Assembly (NCBI GenBank): GCA_964057225.1
Contig: OZ059899.1
Span: forward strand, 2,294,001 to 2,358,000
Source of the DNA: Auanema rhodensis
Taxonomy: Eukaryota; Animalia; Nematoda
Reading direction: 5' to 3'
DNA length: 64,000 nt
Made by a program: the position numbers and the translations under genes. Positions 53,696 to 64,000 of the stretch are shown here, piece by piece. The notes beneath the pieces were generated by a model. That model was not told the DNA's origin. It did not search any database and saw nothing but the letters and a program-made list of their open reading frames with translations. The first letter of the stretch is position 1. Each line of letters starts with the position of its first letter.

Positions 53696-56502
53696 AGTAT
53701 AGTGCATTCGATGCGGATTTTTAAGCTGCGTCGATCTGTGTTATCAGATTTGCGCTAACTTAAAAATGCACCGAGATATCAACTGATATAAGTTCACACT
53801 TATATCCTCGATTTTCACCCTGAACAATTAATTTTTTCGTTGAATAACATTGTCCATCGTCTTTGCCTTGAAAAATGGAATCTAAAAACATCTACTTTTT
53901 GCTAAATTATTTTGAAATTTTTCGAAAAAATTTTTGTCAAAATGTTTTTGGAAGCAATGTTGAGTGTACATGGAAACTCAACATACACTAATGCATCATT
54001 TTTCAAACAATCATAACTAATTTTTGTATTAAGCTTTTCTCAATGTAGTATAGTGCATTCGATGCGGATTTTTAAGCTGCGTCGATCTGTGTTATCAGAT
54101 TTGCGCTAACTTAAAAATGCACCGAGATATCAACTGATATAAGTTCACACTTATATCCTCGATTTTCACCCTGAACAATTAATTTTTTCGTTGAATAACA
54201 TTGTCTATCGTCTTTGCCTTGAAAAATGGAATCTAAAAACATCTACTTTTTGCTAAATTATTTTGAAATTTTTCGAAAAAATTTTTGTCAAAATGTTTTT
54301 GGAAGCAATGTTGAGTGTACATGGAAACTCAACATACACTAATGCATCATTTTTCAAACGATCATAACTAATTTTTGTATCAAGCGTTTCTCAATGTAGT
54401 ATAGTGCATTCGATGCGGATTTTTAAGCTGCGTCGATCTGTGTTATCAGATTTGCGCTAACTTAAAAATGCACCGAGATATCAACTGATATAAGTTCACA
54501 CTTATATCCTCGATTTTCACCCTGAACAATTAATTTTTTCGTTGAATAACATTGTCCATCGTCTTTGCCTTGAAAAAAGGAATCTAAAAACATCTACTTT
54601 TTGCTAAATTATTTTGAAATTTTTGGAAAAAATTTTTGTCAAAATGTTTTTGGAAGCAATGTTGAGTGTACATGGAAACTCAACATACACTAATGCATCA
54701 TTTTTCAAACGATCATAACTAATTTTTGTATCAAGCGTTTCTCAATGTAGTATAGTGCATTCGATGCGGATTTTTAAGCTGCGTCGATCTGTGTTATCAG
54801 ATTTGCGCTAACTTAAAAATGCACCGAGATATCAACTGATATAAGTTCACACTTATATCCTCGATTTTCACCCTGAACAATTAATTTTTTCGTTGAATAA
54901 CATTGTCCATCGTCTTTGCCTTGAAAAAAGGAATCTAAAAACATCTACTTTTTGCTAAATTATTTTGAAATTTTTGGAAAAAATTTTTGTCAAAATGTTT
55001 TTGGAAGCAATGTTGAGTGTACATGGAAACTCAACATACACTAATGCATCATTTTTCAAACGATCATAACTAATTTTTGTATTAAGCGTTTCTCAATGTA
55101 GTATAGTGCATTCGATGCGGATTTTTAAGCTGCGTCGATCTGTGTTATCAGATTTGCGCTAGCTTAAAAATGCACCGAGATATCAACTGATATAAGTTCA
55201 CACTTATATCCTCGATTTTCACCCTGAACAATTAATTTTTTCGTTGAATAACATTATCCATCGTCTTTGCCTTGAAAAATGGAATCTAAAAACATCTACT
55301 TTTTGCTAAATTATTTTGAAATTTTTCGAAAAAATTTTTGTCAAAATGTTTTTGGAAGCAATGTTGAGTGTACATGGAAACTCAACATACACTAATGCAT
55401 CATTTTTCAAACGATCATAACTAATTTTTGTATTAAGCTTTTCTCAATGTAGTATAGTGCATTCGATGCGGATTTTTAAGCTGCGTCGATCTGTGTTATC
55501 AGATTTGCGCTAGCTTAAAAGTGCACCGAGATATCAACTGATATAAGTTCACACTTATATCCTCGATTTTCACCCTGAAGAATTAATTTTTTCGTTGAAT
55601 AACATTGTCTATCGTCTTTGCCTTGAAAAATGGAATATAAAAACATCTACTTTTTGCTAAATTATTTTGAAATTTTTCGAAAAAATTTTTGTCAAAATGT
55701 TTTTGGAAGCAATGTTGAGTGTACATGGAAACTCAACATACACTAATGCATCATTTTTCAAACGATCATAACTAATTTTTGTATCAAGCGTTTCTCAATG
55801 TAGTATAGTGCATTCGATGCGGATTTTTAAGCTGCGTCGATCTGTGTTATCAGATTTGCGCTAACTTAAAAATGCACCGAGATATCAACTGATATAAGTT
55901 CACACTTATATCCTCGATTTTCACCCTGAACAATTAATTTTTTCGTTGAATAGCATTGTCCATCGTCTTTGCCTTGAAAAAAGGAATCTAAAAACATCTA
56001 CTTTTTGCTAAATTATTCTGAAATTTTTCGAAAAAATTTTTGTCAAAATGTTTTTGGAAGCAATGTTGAGTGTACATGGAAACTCAACATACACTAATGC
56101 ATCATTTTTCAAACGATCATAACTAATTTTTGTATCAAGCGTTTCTCGATGTAGTATAGTGCATTCGATGCGGATTTTTAAGCTGCGTCGATCTGTGTTA
56201 TCAGATTTGCGCTAGCTTAAAATGCACCGAGATATCAACTGATATAAGTTCACACTTATATCCTCGATTTTCACCCTGAAGAATTAATTTTTTCGTTGAA
56301 TAACATTGTCTATCGTCTTTGCCTTGAAAAATGGAATCTAAAAACATCTACTTTTTGCTAAATTATTTTGAAATTTTTCGAAAAAATTTTTGTCAAAATG
56401 TTTTTGGAAGCAATGTTGAGTGTACATGGAAACTCAACATACACTAATGCATCATTTTTCAAACAATCATAACTAATTTTTGTATTAAGCTTTTCTCAAT
56501 GT

Positions 56503-59500
56503 AGTATAGTGCATTCGATGCGGATTTTTAAGCTGCGTCGATCTGTGTTATCAGATTTGCGCTAGCTTAAAAATGCACCGAGATATCAACTGATATAAGT
56601 TCACACTTATATCCTCGATTTTCACCCTGAAGAATTAATTTTTTCGTTGAATAACATTGTCCATCGTCTTTGCCTTAAAAAAAGGAATCTAAAAACATCT
56701 ACTTTTTGCTAAATTATTTTGAAATTTTTCGAAAAAATTTTTGTCAAAATGTTTTTGGAAGCAATGTTGAGTGTACATGGAAACTCAACATACACTAATG
56801 CATCATTTTTCAAACGATCATAACTAATTTTTGTATCAAGCGTTTCTCAATGTAGTATAGTGCATTCGATGCGGATTTTTAAGCTGCGTCGATCTGTGTT
56901 ATCAGATTTGCGCTAGCTTAAAAATGCACCGAGATATCAACTGATATAAGTTCACACTTATATCCTCGATTTTCACCCTGAAGAATTAATTTTTTCGTTG
57001 AATAACATTGTCCATCGTCTTTGCCTTGAAAAATGGAATCTAAAAACATCTACTTTTTGCTAAATTATTTTGAAATTTTTCGAAAAAATTTTTGTCAAAA
57101 TGTTTTTGGAAGCAATGTTGAGTGTACATGGAAACTCAACATACACTAATGCATCATTTTTCAAACAATCATAACTAATTTGAGGAATTAGGCGTTTCTT
57201 AATGTAGTATAGTGCATTCGATGCGGATTTTTAAGCTGCGTCGATCTGTGTTATCAGATTTGCGCTAGCTTAAAAATGCACCGAGATATCAACTGATATA
57301 AGTTCACACTTATATCCTCGATTTTCACCCTGAAGAATTAATTTTTTCGTTGAATAACATTATCCATCGTCTTTGCCTTGAAAAATGGAATCTAAAAACA
57401 TCTACTTTTTGCTAAATTATTTTGAAATTTTTCGAAAAAATTTTTGTCAAAATGTTTTTGGAAGCAATGTTGAGTGTACATGGAAACTCAACATACACTA
57501 ATGCATCATTTTTCAAACGATCATAACTAATTTTTGTATCAAGCGTTTCTCAATGTAGTATAGTGCATTCGATGCGGATTTTTAAGCTGCGTCGATCTGT
57601 GTTATCAGATTTGCGCTAACTTAAAAATGCACCGAGATATCAACTGATATAAGTTCACACTTATATCCTCGATTTTCACCCTGAACAATTAATTTTTTCG
57701 TTGAATAGCATTGTCCATCGTCTTTGCCTTGAAAAAAGGAATCTAAAAACATCTACTTTTTGCTAAATTATTCTGAAATTTTTCGAAAAAATTTTTGTCA
57801 AAATGTTTTTGGAAGCAATGTTGAGTGTACATGGAAACTCAACATACACTAATGCATCATTTTTCAAACGATCATAACTAATTTTTGTATCAAGCGTTTC
57901 TCGATGTAGTATAGTGCATTCGATGCGGATTTTTAAGCTGCGTCGATCTGTGTTATCAGATTTGCGCTAGCTTAAAATGCACCGAGATATCAACTGATAT
58001 AAGTTCACACTTATATCCTCGATTTTCACCCTGAAGAATTAATTTTTTTGTTGAATAACATTGTCTATCGTCTTTGCCTTGAAAAATGGAATCTAAAAAC
58101 ATCTACTTTTTGCTAAATTATTTTGAAATTTTTCGAAAAAATTTTTGTCAAAATGTTTTTGGAAGCAATGTTGAGTGTACATGGAAACTCAACATACACT
58201 AATGCATCATTTTTCAAACAATCATAACTAATTTTTGTATTAAGCTTTTCTCAATGTAGTATAGTGCATTCGATGCGGATTTTTAAGCTGCGTCGATCTG
58301 TGTTATCAGATTTGCGCTAGCTTAAAAATGCACCGAGATATCAACTGATATAAGTTCACACTTATATCCTCGATTTTCACCCTGAAGAATTAATTTTTTC
58401 GTTGAATAACATTGTCCATCGTCTTTGCCCTAAAAAAAGGAATCTAAAAACATCTACTTTTTGCTAAATTATTTTGAAATTTTTCGAAAAAATTTTTGTC
58501 AAAATGTTTTTGGAAGCAATGTTGAGTGTACATGGAAACTCAACATACACTAATGCATCATTTTTCAAACGATCATAACTAATTTTTGTATCAAGCGTTT
58601 CTCAATGTAGTATAGTGCATTCGATGCGGATTTTTAAGCTGCGTCGATCTGTGTTATCAGATTTGCGCTAGCTTAAAAATGCACCGAGATATCAACTGAT
58701 ATAAGTTCACACTTATATCCTCGATTTTCACCCTGAAGAATTAATTTTTTCGTTGAATAACATTGTCCATCGTCTTTGCCTTGAAAAATGGAATCTAAAA
58801 ACATCTACTTTTTGCTAAATTATTTTGAAATTTTTGGAAAAATTTTTTGTCAAAATGTTTTTGGAAGCAATGTTGAGTGTACATGGAAACTCAACATACA
58901 CTAATGCATCATTTTTCAAACAATCATAACTAATTTGTGTATTAAGCGTTTCTCAATGTAGTATAGTGCATTCGATGCGGATTTTTAAGCTGCGTCGATC
59001 TGTGTTATCAGATTTGCGCTAGCTTAAAAATGCACCGAGATATCAACTGATATAAGTTCACACTTATATCCTCGATTTTCACCCTGAAGAATTGATTTTT
59101 TCGTTGAATAACATTGTCTATCGTCTTTGCCTTGAAAAATGGAATCTAAAAACATCTACTTTTTGCTAAATTATTTTGAAATTTTTCGAAAAAATTTTTG
59201 TCAAAATGTTTTTGGAAGCAATGTTGAGTGTACATGGAAACTCAACATACACTAATGCATCATTTTTCAAACAATCATAACTAATTTGTGTATTAAGCGT
59301 TTCTCAATGTAGTATAGTGCATTCGATGCGGATTTTTAAGCTGCGTCGATCTGTGTTATCAGATTTGCGCTAGCTTAAAAATGCACCGAGATATCAACTG
59401 ATATAAGTTCACACTTATATCCTCGATTTTCACCCTGAAGAATTAATTTTTTCGTTGAATAACATTGTCTATCGTCTTTGCCTTGAAAAATGGAATCTAA

Positions 59501-62469
59501 AAACATCTACTTTTTGCTAAATTATTTTGAAATTTTTCGAAAAAATTTTTGTCAAAATGTTTTTGGAAGCAATGTTGAGTGTACATGGAAACTCAACATA
59601 CACTAATGCATCATTTTTCAAACAATCATAACTAATTTTTGTATTAAGCTTTTCTCAATGTAGTATAGTGCATTCGATGCGGATTTTTAAGCTGCGTCGA
59701 TCTGTGTTATCAGATTTGCGCTAGCTTAAAAATGCACCGAGATATCAACTGATATAAGTTCACACTTATATCCTCGATTTTCACCCTGAAGAATTAATTT
59801 TTTCGTTGAATAACATTGTCCATCGTCTTTGCCTTAAAAAAAGGAATCTAAAAACATCTACTTTTTGCTAAATTATTTTGAAATTTTTCGAAAAAATTTT
59901 TGTCAAAATGTTTTTGGAAGCAATGTTGAGTGTACATGGAAACTCAACATACACTAATGCATCATTTTTCAAACGATCATAACTAATTTTTGTATCAAGC
60001 GTTTTTCAATGTAGTATAGTGCATTCGATGCGGATTTTTAAGCTGCGTCGATCTGTGTTATCAGATTTGCGCTAGCTTAAAAATGCACCGAGATATCAAC
60101 TGATATAAGTTCACACTTATATCCTCGATTTTCACCCTGAAGAATTAATTTTTTCGTTGAATAACATTGTCCATCGTCTTTGCCTTGAAAAATGGAATCT
60201 AAAAACATCTACTTTTTGCTAAATTATTTTGAAATTTTTCGAAAAAATTTTTGTCAAAATGTTTTTGGAAGCAATGTTGAGTGTACATGGAAACTCAACA
60301 TACACTAATGCATCATTTTTCAAACAATCATAACTAATTTGAGGAATTAGGCGTTTCTTAATGTAGTATAGTGCATTCGATGCGGATTTTTAAGCTGCGT
60401 CGATCTGTGTTATCAGATTTGCGCTAGCTTAAAAATGCACCGAGATATCAACTGATATAAGTTCACACTTATATCCTCGATTTTCACCCTGAAGAATTAA
60501 TTTTTTCGTTGAATAACATTATCCATCGTCTTTGCCTTGAAAAATGGAATCTAAAAACATCTACTTTTTGCTAAATTATTTTGAAATTTTTCGAAAAAAT
60601 TTTTGTCAAAATGTTTTTGGAAGCAATGTTGAGTGTACATGGAAACTCAACATACACTAATGCATCATTTTTCAAACGATCATAACTAATTTTTGTATCA
60701 AGCGTTTCTCAATGTAGTATAGTGCATTCGATGCGGATTTTTAAGCTGCGTCGATCTGTGTTATCAGATTTGCGCTAACTTAAAAATGCACCGAGATATC
60801 AACTGATATAAGTTCACACTTATATCCTCGATTTTCACCCTGAACAATTAATTTTTTCGTTGAATAGCATTGTCCATCGTCTTTGCCTTGAAAAAAGGAA
60901 TCTAAAAACATCTACTTTTTGCTAAATTATTCTGAAATTTTTCGAAAAAATTTTTGTCAAAATGTTTTTGGAAGCAATGTTGAGTGTACATGGAAACTCA
61001 ACATACACTAATGCATCATTTTTCAAACGATCATAACTAATTTTTGTATCAAGCGTTTCTCGATGTAGTATAGTGCATTCGATGCGGATTTTTAAGCTGC
61101 GTCGATCTGTGTTATCAGATTTGCGCTAGCTTAAAATGCACCGAGATATCAACTGATATAAGTTCACACTTATATCCTCGATTTTCACCCTGAAGAATTA
61201 ATTTTTTCGTTGAATAACATTGTCTATCGTCTTTGCCTTGAAAAATGGAATCTAAAAACATCTACTTTTTGCTAAATTATTTTGAAATTTTTCGAAAAAA
61301 TTTTTGTCAAAATGTTTTTGGAAGCAATGTTGAGTGTACATGGAAACTCAACATACACTAATGCATCATTTTTCAAACAATCATAACTAATTTTTGTATT
61401 AAGCTTTTCTCAATGTAGTATAGTGCATTCGATGCGGATTTTTAAGCTGCGTCGATCTGTGTTATCAGATTTGCGCTAGCTTAAAAATGCACCGAGATAT
61501 CAACTGATATAAGTTCACACTTATATCCTCGATTTTCACCCTGAAGAATTAATTTTTTCGTTGAATAACATTGTCCATCGTCTTTGCCCTAAAAAAAGGA
61601 ATCTAAAAACATCTACTTTTTGCTAAATTATTTTGAAATTTTTCGAAAAAATTTTTGTCAAAATGTTTTTGGAAGCAATGTTGAGTGTACATGGAAACTC
61701 AACATACACTAATGCATCATTTTTCAAACGATCATAACTAATTTTTGTATCAAGCGTTTCTCAATGTAGTATAGTGCATTCGATGCGGATTTTTAAGCTG
61801 CGTAGATCTGTGTTATCAGATTTGCGCTAGCTTAAAAATGCACCGAGATATCAACTGATATAAGTTCACACTTATATCCTCGATTTTCACCCTGAAGAAT
61901 TAATTTTTTCGTTGAATAACATTGTCCATCGTCTTTGCCTTGAAAAATGGAATCTAAAAACATCTACTTTTTGCTAAATTATTTTGAAATTTTTGGAAAA
62001 ATTTTTTGTCAAAATGTTTTTGGAAGCAATGTTGAGTGTACATGGAAACTCAACATACACTAATGCATCATTTTTCAAACAATCATAACTAATTTGTGTA
62101 TTAAGCGTTTCTCAATGTAGTATAGTGCATTCGATGCGGATTTTTAAGCTGCGTCGATCTGTGTTATCAGATTTGCGCTAGCTTAAAAATGCACCGAGAT
62201 ATCAACTGATATAAGTTCACACTTATATCCTCGATTTTCACCCTGAAGAATTGATTTTTTCGTTGAATAACATTGTCTATCGTCTTTGCCTTGAAAAATG
62301 GAATCTAAAAACATCTACTTTTTGCTAAATTATTTTGAAATTTTTCGAAAAAATTTTTGTCAAAATGTTTTTGGAAGCAATGTTGAGTGTACATGGAAAC
62401 TCAACATACACTAATGCATCATTTTTCAAACAATCATAACTAATTTGTGTATTAAGCGTTTCTCAATGT
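56503..62469. repeat. Nonamer-spaced duplication (3159 bp), about 2 copies
   Basis: Paired private variants 3159 bp apart: CCTTAAAAAAAGG (monomers 56503/59662), TGAGGAATTAGGCG (56854/60013), TAGCATT plus ATTCTG (57557/60716), 1-bp deletion (57908/61067), CCCTAAAAAAAGG (58258/61417), GGAAAATTTTTT (58609/61768). Confidence 0.88.
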
Positions 62470-64000
62470 AGTATAGTGCATTCGATGCGGATTTTTAAGC
62501 TGCGTCGATCTGTGTTATCAGATTTGCGCTAGCTTAAAAATGCACCGAGATATCAACTGATATAAGTTCACACTTATATCCTCGATTTTCACCCTGAAGA
62601 ATTGATTTTTTCGTTGAATAACATTGTCTATCGTCTTTGCCTTGAAAAATGGAATCTAAAAACATCTACTTTTTGCTAAATTATTTTGAAATTTTTCGAA
62701 AAAATTTTTGTCAAAATGTTTTTGGAAGCAATGTTGAGTGTACATGGAAACTCAACATACACTAATGCATCATTTTTCAAACAATCATAACTAATTTGTG
62801 TATTAAGCGTTTCTTAATGTAGTATAGTGCATTCGATGCGGATTTTTAAGCTGCGTCGATCTGTGTTATCAGATTTGCGCTAGCTTAAAAATTCACCGAG
62901 ATATCAACTGATATAAGTTCACACTTATATCCTCGATTTTCACCCTGAAGAATTAATTTTTTCGTTGAATAACATTGTCCATCGTCTTTGCCTTGAAAAA
63001 TGGAATCTAAAAACATCTACTTTTTGCTAAATTATTTTGAAATTTTTGGAAAAAATTTTTGTCAAAATGTTTTTGGAAGCAATGTTGAGTGTACATGGAA
63101 ACTCAACATACACTAATGCATCATTTTTCAAATGATTATAACTAATTTTTGTTTCAAGCGTTTCTCAATGTAGTATAGTGCATTCGATGCGGATTTTTAA
63201 GCTGCGTCGATCTGTGTTATCAGATTTGCGCTAGCTTAAAAATGCACCGAGATATCAACTGATATAAGTTCACACTTATATCCTCGATTTTCACCCTGAA
63301 GAATTAATTTTTTCGTTGAATAACATTGTCTATCGTCTTTCTCTTGAAAAATGGAATCTAAAAACATCTACTTTTTGCTAAATTATTTTGAAATTTTTCG
63401 AAAAAATTTTTGTCAAAATGTTTTTGGAAGCAATGTTGAGTGTACATGGAAACTCAACATACACTAATGCATCATTTTTCAAATGATTATAACTAATTTT
63501 TGTTTCAAGCGTTTCTCAATGTAGTATAGTGCATTCGATGCGGATTTTTAAGCTGCGTCGATCTGTGTTATCAGATTTGCGCTAGCTTAAAAATGCACCG
63601 AGATATCAACTGATATAAGTTCACACTTATATCCTCGATTTTCACCCTGAAGAATTAATTTTTTCGTTGAATAACATTGTCTATCGTCTTTCTCTTGAAA
63701 AATGGAATCTAAAAACATCTACTTTTTGCTAAATTATTTTGAAATTTTTCGAAAAAATTTTTGTCAAAATGTTTTTGGAAGCAATGTTGAGTGTACATGG
63801 AAACTCAACATACACTAATGCATCATTTTTCAAACGATCATAACTAATTTTTGTATCAAGCGTTTCTCGATGTAGTATAGTGCATTCGATGCGGATTTTT
63901 AAGCTGCGTCGATCTGTGTTATCAGATTTGCGCTAGGTTAAAAATGCACCGAGATATCAACTGATATAAGTTCACACTTATATCCTCGATTTTCACCCTG

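Larger units (their letters stand above)
1..64000. repeat. Tandem satellite DNA array, 351-bp AT-rich monomer, 182 full copies plus a partial copy, probably heterochromatic/(peri)centromeric; extends beyond both window ends
   Basis: The monomer start AGTATAGTGCATTCGATGCGG recurs at 1, 352, 703 ... 21061 (=1+60x351) ... 63874. Register arithmetic closes exactly: 182x351 - 11 one-base deletions + 2 one-base insertions = 63873. Copies differ at only a few positions each. The centromeric role is inferred, not shown. Confidence 0.99.

Noticed and set aside
1-64000. Giant repetitive ORF, since 351 = 117 codons keeps frame between copies
   Set aside because: All six frames have stops in the monomer: plus strand TAG at 5, TAA at 27, TAG/TAA at 61 and TAA at 94; minus strand from TTA at 26, TTA at 46 and CTA at 60.
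1-64000. CRISPR-like repeat-spacer array
   Set aside because: There are no unique spacers; variable regions differ only by point changes, the unit is far too long, and there are no cas genes.

Overview
The whole 64 kb window is one uninterrupted head-to-tail satellite DNA array in a single orientation. It holds 182 complete monomers plus a 127-bp partial copy (63874-64000). The monomer is 351 bp (first copy 1-351, about 69% A+T by hand count); 11 copies are 350 bp and 2 are 352 bp. I found no genes, RNA genes, transposon insertions, inversions or unique spacers, and all six reading frames contain stops within each monomer. Monomers differ at a few recurrent positions. Typing them by eye shows local higher-order repeats (5-mers, a ~14-16-mer built from a 5-mer, irregular 3-4-mers, a 3-mer and a 9-mer), a 23,166-bp-distant block duplication, and a layered pattern in which the two flanks share variants absent from the centre. 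The monomer is rich in nested inverted repeats. Length, AT content and lack of CpG depletion fit a eukaryotic, possibly insect, (peri)centromeric satellite, but I do not recognise the family or host. I see no sequence evidence for a new protein-coding or CRISPR-like system; the interesting signals are monomer architecture and array evolution. 'pos' means position within a monomer aligned to copy 1; Mn is the nth monomer.
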